Source: Salinivirgaceae bacterium
GTDB taxonomy: Bacteria > Bacteroidota > Bacteroidia > Bacteroidales > SZUA-534
NCBI GenBank assembly: GCA_024405635.1
Contig: JAKSOL010000009.1
Span: 1-64,000 of the forward strand
Direction: 5' to 3'
Length of the DNA: 64,000 nucleotides
Shown here piece after piece: positions 1-8,720 of this stretch (its first letter is position 1; every line of letters starts with the position of its first letter). The notes beneath the pieces were generated by a model. That model was given only the letters and a program-made list of their open reading frames with translations, made no database searches and was not told the DNA's origin. Position numbers and translations under genes: made by a program.

Positions 1-177
1 TTCTTGATCTCCTCCCGTTTTATGCCTCTTTTTACCCCTTTTTTAGCGTTTTTCGCACTCTGTTTTTCCTCTATTTCGGCGAGTTTTTGTCTGGCTATGG
101 GGAAAAGTGGCGCTTTGCGTAAAGTGCCTAATGTCTGTAAAGTCACTCATTTTTTTATTGCCTAGCTTTTTCTTTCA

Positions 178-2760
178 TTAATCTGCACTAACTTCAATCT
201 TTTTACCATAATAAACCACATCAACTGACTTTGTTTCTTCGGGCAAAACGAAGGTTACTTTAATTGGTCGAGTATTGGTCATGCCTTTAAACTCACCTTT
301 GCGAGTGCCAATTGTGAGTTTTTGTGTCTTTTGATTCCATTTAAACTCAATAGTTGCAAAGTTTCCGTTAACATATTCGGTTGAAAGTCCATCGTCCTCA
401 TAATACACAAAACTAGCATCGGCCTGGGTATATACTTTCACTTCAAGTGGCACGTCATTAATGGTTGTTGTGTTTTGCAATTCGGTTGCGCACATTGGAA
501 CAATGCTTCCAGCTTTAACAAACACTGGGATTTTGTCGGATTCAACTTTGGTCAAAACCGATTGCCCACCTTTAAATAACTCGTTTGTATGCAACGAGTA
601 CCACCCTTCGGTCTTTGGTAAATAAGTTTTCCATTCTGAAACTCCACCTTCGGTTATTGGCGAAACTAGAATTGCATCGCCAAACATAAATTCGGTTTGC
701 TGCGACAGCGCTTCGGCATCATTAGCAAAATCGAAAATAAGCGGACGCATTATGGTGTATCCTTGGGTTGTTACTCGTGCCACGTTTGAATATATATATG
801 GCAGTAGTTTGTAACGTAGATTTATTTGTTTAACAATGTTAGCCTCGGTTTGTTCGCCAAAATTCCAAGGCTCGGTGTTGCTCATGTAGCCGTGCATACG
901 CATAAATGGCAAGAAAACCGAAGTTTGAACCCAACGCGAAAGTCGCTCCGCATAATCGGGAGAATTGTATTGGTCGCGCGGGCGGAAAAAGCCACCTGCA
1001 TCGTATGTCCACCATGGCAAACCCGAAGACATTTGTCCAAGTCCGCCAATAATTTGATTACGAAACGATACCCAATCGTTGTTTACATCACCTGACCATG
1101 TTACACTGCCGTATCGTTGGATTCCAACACATCCGCTGCGAGTTAATATGCTTGAGCGTTGGTCGGGTTGGTCAGAAGCGAGGCCATTAAACACGGTTTT
1201 GTTTACAAACAGAGTATATATGTTGCGAAAAAATTCTCCTGGCAAGCTATCATTCATAACTCTGCGATTTACCAAATCATCATTTTCTGGCTCGGTTGCA
1301 TCTTGCCACCACGAATCGACACCAGTAGGCACTAATCGTTGCGAAAAGTTTTTCCAATAGAAATCGGCCGCTGCTGGATTCATAAAATCAATCCAATCGG
1401 TACCATCAACATAATATTTATTAGCAACCGCTTGCTGCCCCACCTCACAATTTGCATCTATTTTACTCCAAACCGAAAGCATTAAACGCATATCCATATT
1501 GTGCAACGTATCGGTAAGTGCCTTAGGGTCAGGATAATGGTCTTCGTCAAACTGCATGGCGTTCCATCCATATTTTCCCCACCACTGCCAATCTTGAACA
1601 ATAACATCGATAGGAATGTTGCGACGACGAAACTCTCGCGCATTTTGCAGGATATCGTCACTACTTTGGTAACGCTCGCGGCAATGAATATATCCATACA
1701 TCCATCGGGGAAGCATTGGAGAATTGCCAGTTGCATTGCGGTATGAGGCAATAACCTTATCGGCCGAACCTACAAAGACAGTGTAATCGACTGCTGATGC
1801 TGTAGGCGATGCAAACGAAGTAGAGTTTTCGACCAAATCCCAATGAAGAATAGGATTGTCGCCTCGTGTACCTTCAAATTGAATGGAATGTTCGCCTGCT
1901 GATAACTTTACAATTGTTGACGAAGTTGGTGGCAACCAAAGGTTTTGTTGATTCACAATTGTATCGCCATCAACCATAAGCAGATGTTTACGAGCCATTG
2001 CTTGGCCTACATCAATCAAAAGGCGATATTCAGCATCGGCACTAACATTTATAACCGTTTGGAACACTGATTTATAACGAGTTTCGCGACTATTGCCATG
2101 AGTTGACGTTGCATCAACGGTATAACCATTATTATCAACAACCAACGATTGCAGTGTAGTTTGATTTGCGCATTGGTTATATTCAGTAAGACCATAATTG
2201 TTCCAGAGCAAACCATAGCCACGGTTTGATAGAATCATGGGCACAGCTATTTGCGTGTTTACTTGAGTTAGGCGGCGCGCTAATCCTCGCACGTTTAGCC
2301 ATCCATCTTGAAACTGACCTGTGCCTGAAATAAATTCATCGGCTGGCGAATCAAATTTTTGGCTGATGCTAAAAGTTGGCACTTCTTTCAGATTATAAAG
2401 TTTAGCCGAGCGACTTAGTTCGTTGAGCACCACATTTCCATTTGCATCGGCAAAAGAAAGCAACTGTGTTTTTTTATTGAAAAGCACTTTCATTTGCCCA
2501 ACCGAAAGAATTATTTGCTCACTTGTTTCTGACACTTTTGGGGTTATAGTTGCATCTGTTACATAATAATAATCAGGCAATTGCAACACATCACCTTTAG
2601 GGATATATTTTACACGTGCCGAATTATCGGACAAGAAAGACACATTAAGTACACCATCAGGCAAGTTAATTTGATACCCCGATGGTTTGTGAAATGCACA
2701 CGAAATAGCAATAGATATAACAATTGCAAGTGTCGCAGCTCCAAGAATCAGTTTTTTCAT
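178..2760 (-). CDS. Glycoside hydrolase family 31 (alpha-xylosidase/alpha-glucosidase), probable lipoprotein
   Basis: WWQDATEPE nucleophile motif, IVQDWQWW, WSGDV, WTYDAGGF, C-terminal YEDDG domain; start moved to ATG 2760 (MKKLILG... signal ending IAISC). Confidence 0.9.
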   Translation of the reverse strand: MKKLILGAATLAIVISIAISCAFHKPSGYQINLPDGVLNVSFLSDNSARVKYIPKGDVLQLPDYYYVTDATITPKVSETSEQIILSVGQMKVLFNKKTQLLSFADANGNVVLNELSRSAKLYNLKEVPTFSISQKFDSPADEFISGTGQFQDGWLNVRGLARRLTQVNTQIAVPMILSNRGYGLLWNNYGLTEYNQCANQTTLQSLVVDNNGYTVDATSTHGNSRETRYKSVFQTVINVSADAEYRLLIDVGQAMARKHLLMVDGDTIVNQQNLWLPPTSSTIVKLSAGEHSIQFEGTRGDNPILHWDLVENSTSFASPTASAVDYTVFVGSADKVIASYRNATGNSPMLPRWMYGYIHCRERYQSSDDILQNAREFRRRNIPIDVIVQDWQWWGKYGWNAMQFDEDHYPDPKALTDTLHNMDMRLMLSVWSKIDANCEVGQQAVANKYYVDGTDWIDFMNPAAADFYWKNFSQRLVPTGVDSWWQDATEPENDDLVNRRVMNDSLPGEFFRNIYTLFVNKTVFNGLASDQPDQRSSILTRSGCVGIQRYGSVTWSGDVNNDWVSFRNQIIGGLGQMSSGLPWWTYDAGGFFRPRDQYNSPDYAERLSRWVQTSVFLPFMRMHGYMSNTEPWNFGEQTEANIVKQINLRYKLLPYIYSNVARVTTQGYTIMRPLIFDFANDAEALSQQTEFMFGDAILVSPITEGGVSEWKTYLPKTEGWYSLHTNELFKGGQSVLTKVESDKIPVFVKAGSIVPMCATELQNTTTINDVPLEVKVYTQADASFVYYEDDGLSTEYVNGNFATIEFKWNQKTQKLTIGTRKGEFKGMTNTRPIKVTFVLPEETKSVDVVYYGKKIEVSAD

Positions 2761-2811
2761 ATATAAATTAGTTTTAGTTGTCAAAATACAATGACATCAT
2801 GTTATTGGACT

Positions 2812-2832
2812 AAAGTATAAAAATTATACTTT
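2812..2832. promoter_or_regulatory. Inverted repeat AAAGTATAA-aaa-TTATACTTT between divergent genes
   Basis: Perfect 9-bp arms in GH31/PAP2 intergenic region; AT-rich so chance cannot be excluded. Confidence 0.35.
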
Positions 2833-2862
2833 GCTAATCATTTGCTTGATTCAAAGTTTTAG

Positions 2863-2874
2863 TAAAACGTTTTA
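2863..2874. promoter_or_regulatory. Palindrome TAAAACGTTTTA, LacI-family operator-like
   Basis: Perfect 12-bp CG-centred palindrome upstream of GH31. Confidence 0.35.
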
Positions 2875-2914
2875 GTTATAATTACTGCAACAATCCGCCA
2901 ACCAATTGTGTTTT

Positions 2915-4135
2915 ATGCTGAAAACAAGGCTATATATTAGTATATGTATTGCAACTATGTTGTTTTGCAGCACAGAAACTTATGGAATACAAATCAACGA
3001 CACTTGCACAACGAACAAACATTACTACTACCTAAAACAAGGACACTCTATACCATTTGGTATTCCGCTAATTGCGGCATCGGTAGCTGTTCATCACTTT
3101 GACAAAGATTTTCGCACACTGAGATTTTCGCACACAAGCAACTTCAACAATAGCGCAGACGATTATTTGCAATATTCGCCATACGTTGTTTTGCTAGGAA
3201 TGAAAGCTGCTGGCGTTGAAAGTAGATACACTTGGGAGCGAACCTTGGGCTACCACGCTACTAGTATTGCATTTTTGCTTGGTTTGACACAAATTCCAAA
3301 GTACACAATAAACCGCGAACGCCCCGATGGCAACGCTAATAACTCTTTTCCTTCAGGACACACAGCCACAGCATTTATGGGCGCCACACTTTTGCAGCAC
3401 GAATATGGACACATAAGTCCTTGGATTTCAATTGGCGGATATGCGGCTGCTACTGCTACTGGCGTAATGCGAGTAGCAAACGACCGGCATTGGGCAAGCG
3501 ACGTGGTGGCTGGAGCTGGAATTGGCATCATTTCAGCTGAGCTTGGGCTTTTTCTTTCTGATTTGATTTTCAAAAACCGAGGACTAAATTCTCTTGCTCA
3601 AAACAATAATATTATCCAATACGAGCCAAATTCTCCGTCGTTCTTGGGAGTCAACATTGGTCAAACCATTTCGCGAGTAAAGTATGGCAACAGTATTTCT
3701 TTTGAAAAAGATGTTGTTAGTGGAATTGAAGGAGCTTGGTTTTGCAATAGTTACATTGGAGTAGGAGCCATACTTGAAGCAGGATACTCCACTTTTATGT
3801 TAAAAGGCGATTCGGTTAACAATAAATTAAGTTTAACTAATACAAGCATTGGCGCATATTTTAACCTTCCATTAATCCGTTGGTTTTCAATAAGTAGCAA
3901 AGCTTTAATATGTTACACCAATTATGGCAGCACAACTGCTTATAATGGAGAAACGACAGAACGATGCGGTGGATTAGGTTTTGGTAGCGGCATTGGTTTA
4001 AACTTTAACATTCGGCATAATGTTGGCTATATAATCAACTGCAACTACAACCTTAAACCTTCACATATACAATCGGCAGCAAAAGGAAATGTTAACACAC
4101 TTACAATTGCTGCCGGTATATGCGCTCGATTTTAA
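2915..4135 (+). CDS. PAP2-family phosphatase with C-terminal beta-barrel-like domain
   Basis: KxxxxRxRP, SFPSGHT, RVANDRHWASDV motifs; C-terminal half has alternating Gly/aromatic strands ending in Phe. Confidence 0.85.
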   Translation: MLKTRLYISICIATMLFCSTETYGIQINDTCTTNKHYYYLKQGHSIPFGIPLIAASVAVHHFDKDFRTLRFSHTSNFNNSADDYLQYSPYVVLLGMKAAGVESRYTWERTLGYHATSIAFLLGLTQIPKYTINRERPDGNANNSFPSGHTATAFMGATLLQHEYGHISPWISIGGYAAATATGVMRVANDRHWASDVVAGAGIGIISAELGLFLSDLIFKNRGLNSLAQNNNIIQYEPNSPSFLGVNIGQTISRVKYGNSISFEKDVVSGIEGAWFCNSYIGVGAILEAGYSTFMLKGDSVNNKLSLTNTSIGAYFNLPLIRWFSISSKALICYTNYGSTTAYNGETTERCGGLGFGSGIGLNFNIRHNVGYIINCNYNLKPSHIQSAAKGNVNTLTIAAGICARF

Positions 4136-4147
4136 TCTAAAAAGAAA

Positions 4148-4924
4148 CTATTCAACCTTAGCCTTACAGAAATATCGGCCTTTGGTTTGAGTTTTATCGC
4201 CATACTCAATTGCACGCGCTGGACATTTATGCATACACCCCAAACATTGCGTACAATTTCCACCCCATTTTGGGCGGCCATTAACCAAAGTGATGTTTCG
4301 AGTTGGACAATTTTTTACACACAAAGCACAACTTGTACAAGCATCGGTAGAGTAAAATGGTTTGTCGCTCATTGCAAACTTGCAGAACATAGGGTAAATG
4401 ATGCGCGATTTCAAGAAAGGCTTTGTAGTTTGCAAATAGCAGTCAATTGTGTTATCGGTTTTAATTGCATCAACAATTCGGTCAATTGTTTGCGGCGCTG
4501 AACTAAGTTTTTTCTGCTCCACATCGGCCGAATCGACATCAAATCCCGGAAACACAATGTATGTATTTGGCATTTGAACCGAATATATGTGTTTACAATC
4601 CAAACCTTTTTTTGCCAACAGTTTGCGCACTTGTTTGTTTGTATAACCGCAATCGTCGCCGCAAGTAATTACACAAAACACTTTGCAGTGGCTAGCGTTA
4701 ACCAACTGCATTTTTTTTATAAATCTGCACACTAACCATGGGATACCCCACGAATGAACAGGAAAAACAAAACCTATTGTCTGAGAGTCAATAGCATCAA
4801 ATTGCAAACTTTTTTCATCGGCTAGAGCCTTTGCCATATCAACAAGTTGTGTATCGGCAAGACGCACCGAAAGCATCTTGCTAACCCACAACGAATTGCC
4901 GGTTCCTGAAAATTGAAAAATCAT
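4148..4924 (-). CDS. Flavodoxin-ferredoxin fusion (EFR1 family)
   Basis: N-terminal FSGTGNS; two CxxCxxCxxxCP 4Fe-4S motifs. Confidence 0.9.
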   Translation of the reverse strand: MIFQFSGTGNSLWVSKMLSVRLADTQLVDMAKALADEKSLQFDAIDSQTIGFVFPVHSWGIPWLVCRFIKKMQLVNASHCKVFCVITCGDDCGYTNKQVRKLLAKKGLDCKHIYSVQMPNTYIVFPGFDVDSADVEQKKLSSAPQTIDRIVDAIKTDNTIDCYLQTTKPFLKSRIIYPMFCKFAMSDKPFYSTDACTSCALCVKNCPTRNITLVNGRPKWGGNCTQCLGCMHKCPARAIEYGDKTQTKGRYFCKAKVE

Positions 4925-5415
4925 ATCATATCGATATTACGAGCCATACACATATCAACAACTTGCTTGTTAAGCGTTGAAAAATCGTTGTACGACACCG
5001 ATCGCAGGCTGATAATTCGAGGTTTGCTTGAATATTCCAAGTGAATGCGAATAGCCTTGTCGTTAATTTCAATTTGCTCAATATCATCCCACAAAAATTT
5101 GCGACGCACAACAAATGCGTGAGTTTTAAATTTGATTGAATTTTCGGAGATGCGAACAAATTTGCGCATTGAAAAAGGCAAGTTCTTTGGGGTAAAAAGC
5201 ACACCCGACAAACCCAATAGTAAAACAATTATAGTTTCAAGCAGTGAGTAAATGTTGTCGGTAAAATGTCCAGTTACAATAGTTGCTATTCCAATTGTAA
5301 TGGAAATTACTCCTGTTGTTAAAAAAATAGCACGTTGCCGCATTGACAATCCATTGTGCAAGTAGTTCAAACTGATATACAACAGTTCAGGACTTTTTTC
5401 AAAAATTGGTTTCAT
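4921..5415 (-). CDS. Hypothetical membrane protein (2 TM + soluble domain)
   Basis: 164-aa ORF overlapping next gene by 4 nt; two hydrophobic segments. Confidence 0.7.
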   Translation of the reverse strand: MKPIFEKSPELLYISLNYLHNGLSMRQRAIFLTTGVISITIGIATIVTGHFTDNIYSLLETIIVLLLGLSGVLFTPKNLPFSMRKFVRISENSIKFKTHAFVVRRKFLWDDIEQIEINDKAIRIHLEYSSKPRIISLRSVSYNDFSTLNKQVVDMCMARNIDMI

Positions 5416-5439
5416 TTCAAGTTGATTTTTTATAAGCAG

Positions 5440-6393
5440 TTATTTATTGTACTTAATAATTCGTTCTCTAGTATCCTTTCCCGTAAGTGTTAAATCCGAG
5501 TCGGTCCACTCGCCATAGCTGCTTGCACTTGGTAGCAAAAAAGCGCAACCTTCATCTTTGTCGCTAACCGACCACACTACCCAACTAATTTTATTAGCCT
5601 CGCACCAATCAATCCATGCTTGCCATTCTTCAAAGTCAATACTACCATCGCCACTAGCCTCAACACCCGCACACTCCGACACAAAAATAGGAATACCTTT
5701 TTTTATTGCTTCGTCAGAACGGTCGCGCAACCATTGCTTGTGCGTGTGTGCATAAAAATGAACAGTGTACATAATGTTTGAAAAACCAGCAATTGGGTCT
5801 TCAGCTGGTAAATGAATATCTTGGTCCCAATGCGACGAGCCAACAAGAATAACATTATTTGGATCGAATTGGCGAATGGCTCTTATTACACTATCGGCAT
5901 AACTTTTTAGTTCAGGCCAAGGTTGAGCAACTGGTTCGTTAAAAATTTCCCAAATGATGTTTGGGCACTTACCATATTTTTTTGCCATTTGCGAAAAGAA
6001 GTCAACAGCCTCACGAGTGTGAGTTGCATGGCTGTGCCAATCAACAATCACATAAATGCCTTCAGCTATTGCGGCATCTACTACAGCTTGTGTCAGCATA
6101 ATTGCTTTTGCAGGTTCTGTTGTGTAACTTCCATAGGGATCGATGCCCATTGCCGCACGAACTACCGAACAATGCCAATCGGTTTTTAGCCATTTAACAG
6201 TTTCGGCATTATAAAACCTAGGCCACCAATTATGCCAACCATACGACACTCCGCGCAGTACAACGGCATTTCCCTCTTTATCAACAAGTTGAGTACCTTT
6301 TACCGACAATTGACCATACTTTTCAACTGGCTGAGCAATAGCTATTTGTACACATAATAATAGTGCAAGGATTATTGCTAAGGATTTATTCAT
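5440..6393 (-). CDS. GH5 endoglucanase (subfamily 2-like), secreted
   Basis: YVIVDWH, EIFNEP acid/base, HFYA, IFVSE nucleophile; signal peptide from ATG 6393. Confidence 0.9.
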   Translation of the reverse strand: MNKSLAIILALLLCVQIAIAQPVEKYGQLSVKGTQLVDKEGNAVVLRGVSYGWHNWWPRFYNAETVKWLKTDWHCSVVRAAMGIDPYGSYTTEPAKAIMLTQAVVDAAIAEGIYVIVDWHSHATHTREAVDFFSQMAKKYGKCPNIIWEIFNEPVAQPWPELKSYADSVIRAIRQFDPNNVILVGSSHWDQDIHLPAEDPIAGFSNIMYTVHFYAHTHKQWLRDRSDEAIKKGIPIFVSECAGVEASGDGSIDFEEWQAWIDWCEANKISWVVWSVSDKDEGCAFLLPSASSYGEWTDSDLTLTGKDTRERIIKYNK

Positions 6394-6454
6394 CTTGATA
6401 AGCATAGGCAGATTTGAGTTTCCTATACGCAAAAAGCAAACTTAAGTTCACTTT

Positions 6455-7273
6455 TTAAACAATTTTTTTTTCGCGACGAAAAAAGAATAGCCACACACCT
6501 AAAACTATGAATGGAATGCTCAAAATTTGCCCCATGCTAAATACTGAATGCATTTCAAAACTTTCTTGAGCCGATTTTCCAAATTCGATAATAAACCTTG
6601 ACACAAAAACTAATGTCAAAAACAAGCCAAACATACGGCCGTTAATCAAATTTGGATATTGTTTGCGATAGTACCACAACAAGACAAAGAAAATTAAGAA
6701 ATAAGCAGCGGCCTCGTATAACTGCGAGGGGTGACGAGGCAAATTGTCAACTCGCTCAAAAACAACTCCCCAATTGGTTCCAGTAGGGTTTCCAATAATT
6801 TCAGAATTCATAAAATTACCCAAACGGATACACATTGCTGTAAGTGGAACAGGAAATACTACACGATCGGCAACCCATAAGAACGATACTTTTTGGTGAC
6901 GGCTGAACAGATACATTGCTGTAATAATTCCAATAGCCCCTCCGTGACTCGACAAACCATGGTAACCTATTTCGATACCGTTAGGAGTGTTGCTGATTGG
7001 AAATAGCATTTCGCCTATGTGTGTCAAATAATATGCTGGATTGTAGAACAAGCAATGACCTAGTCGGCTTCCAATAATCAGACCTATAATGATATAAATG
7101 GTCAGCAAATCAACAAATTCCGATGGACGGCCATCACGCTTTGTTAACCAAGCAACCATTGTGTAGGCAATAACAAGCCCCCCAACAAACAATATTGAAT
7201 AATAACGAAAATCCAGAGCACCTATTGAAAACCAAACGGGCTCTGGACTCCAAGATATTGATAGTAAACTCAT
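6455..7273 (-). CDS. lgt: Prolipoprotein diacylglyceryl transferase
   Basis: GSRLGH, GLSSHGG, RLGNFMNSE, RHPSQLYE motifs. Confidence 0.95.
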   Translation of the reverse strand: MSLLSISWSPEPVWFSIGALDFRYYSILFVGGLVIAYTMVAWLTKRDGRPSEFVDLLTIYIIIGLIIGSRLGHCLFYNPAYYLTHIGEMLFPISNTPNGIEIGYHGLSSHGGAIGIITAMYLFSRHQKVSFLWVADRVVFPVPLTAMCIRLGNFMNSEIIGNPTGTNWGVVFERVDNLPRHPSQLYEAAAYFLIFFVLLWYYRKQYPNLINGRMFGLFLTLVFVSRFIIEFGKSAQESFEMHSVFSMGQILSIPFIVLGVWLFFFRREKKIV

Positions 7274-8466
7274 TACTTTATATTAAGTTTCTTTTTAATT
7301 GACGACGGAATAGCATCTTTATGAATGGCTATGGTCATTGTTTTGTATTTAAAAAACGACTCTGACATATATTGATAACCTCCATAAAGGTTTTCGCTAT
7401 CCCATGAGTTTTTTATTTTGAAGTAACGTTTGCCATTTTTGTCAAGAGCATAGCCAACAATGTGCATTCCGTGATCGTCGGTGGTTTCAAAATTATCAAA
7501 TGCCTCTTGACGCATTTCTTGAGTAATGGTCTTTTCGGGAACAATTTCCTTAAATAATCTTGGTTTTTGTTTTACTTCAGTACCATTCAATTTATCGCGA
7601 TCAGTTCCTTCCAACGATTCTTGATTTTCGTCAGGAATAATAGCTAAACCATGTGTAAAAGAAAAACCATCTTCACTCACATCGCCACCCCAAAGAACTG
7701 TATAACCGTTGTCAATGGCATAAAAAGCAATATCCAATAATTCATCAATTTTAACATTGTATGCTTGACTCAAACTCCAGTTGTCTGGAGCCTCAAACAC
7801 GTAACTTGTGTAAAATGGATGATGAGTAAACGAGGTTAACTCAACATAGTTTTTAGCTTCAAGTCCCAACGATTCGCGATACGAGTGTGGCGTGTATTTT
7901 TTGCCCTCGTATTCAAACTCCTCTGGTATTTCGCCTAAATATGCTGCTAAAATTCCATCAAAACCTTTAATCCACACCGATGACAATTTGCGATTTGGAT
8001 TTTTTACAATTGTTTCAACGTAAGCTTTTGTCAACGCATCCAACTCTCCATGCTGAGGTTTGTCGGTGCCATAATTCAGTCCGGGATACACGTTTTGAGG
8101 GACCAAACCAAATTCGTTCATACGGTCAATTGCGTTACTGCTTTCGGCTCCTGCGCTAAAGCTTTTAGCACCATTCCAACGCACGTAGTCAATGGCTCTA
8201 ACGTGATAGTCGCGGTTCACTATAAACATTTCGGCTAGATCGATGTTCTCAATTTTTGCTTTTCCCATGCGCACTGCTTCCGATTCAAAGAACGACATTG
8301 ATGAGAAACACCAACAAGTTCCTGATCGATATTGGTTTTTTACCGATGTTGTTGGCAACATAACCTTATCGGTAAATGCATAAATTGATTTTTCGTCAGA
8401 GTCTTGCGCATTAACTAATTGTGGACTAAAAAGTAAGGCCAACAATAGCAAACCTAAGTTTTTCAT
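7273..8466 (-). CDS. C1-family cysteine aminopeptidase (PepC/bleomycin hydrolase-like), secreted
   Basis: QYRSGTCWCFS, DDHGMHIVG, KIKNSW catalytic motifs. Confidence 0.9.
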   Translation of the reverse strand: MKNLGLLLLALLFSPQLVNAQDSDEKSIYAFTDKVMLPTTSVKNQYRSGTCWCFSSMSFFESEAVRMGKAKIENIDLAEMFIVNRDYHVRAIDYVRWNGAKSFSAGAESSNAIDRMNEFGLVPQNVYPGLNYGTDKPQHGELDALTKAYVETIVKNPNRKLSSVWIKGFDGILAAYLGEIPEEFEYEGKKYTPHSYRESLGLEAKNYVELTSFTHHPFYTSYVFEAPDNWSLSQAYNVKIDELLDIAFYAIDNGYTVLWGGDVSEDGFSFTHGLAIIPDENQESLEGTDRDKLNGTEVKQKPRLFKEIVPEKTITQEMRQEAFDNFETTDDHGMHIVGYALDKNGKRYFKIKNSWDSENLYGGYQYMSESFFKYKTMTIAIHKDAIPSSIKKKLNIK

Positions 8467-8720
8467 AACTTATCGTTTTTTTGAGTATTAATTGATTGTA
8501 AATCGATTTTCATTTTTGCGAAACGCTCTTCTTGCCAAGCCTTTTTTTGCTCCATAGCATCAAACGTCTTCACACAAGTAAGGCCTAATTTTTTCATATT
8601 TCTATTATGCCCAACATGTGTTTCAGGAAAAGGTTTGCGACGCAAAAGCACATTAAAGCCCAAACCAACAAACACTGCCGCAAAAACAAAAGCTAAAATA
8701 ACAAGGAATAACTTTATCAT
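8463..8720 (-). CDS. Small membrane-anchored hypothetical protein
   Basis: 85 aa, N-terminal TM, FPETHVGHN motif; overlaps both neighbours by 4 nt. Confidence 0.8.
   Translation of the reverse strand: MIKLFLVILAFVFAAVFVGLGFNVLLRRKPFPETHVGHNRNMKKLGLTCVKTFDAMEQKKAWQEERFAKMKIDLQSINTQKNDKL

Noticed and set aside
1-146. Open minus-strand frame running off the window edge (VTLQTLGTLRKAPLFPIARQKLAEIEEK...)
   Set aside because: GTG start only, Lys/Arg-rich low complexity, no motif; cannot be called a gene or an IS end from this window
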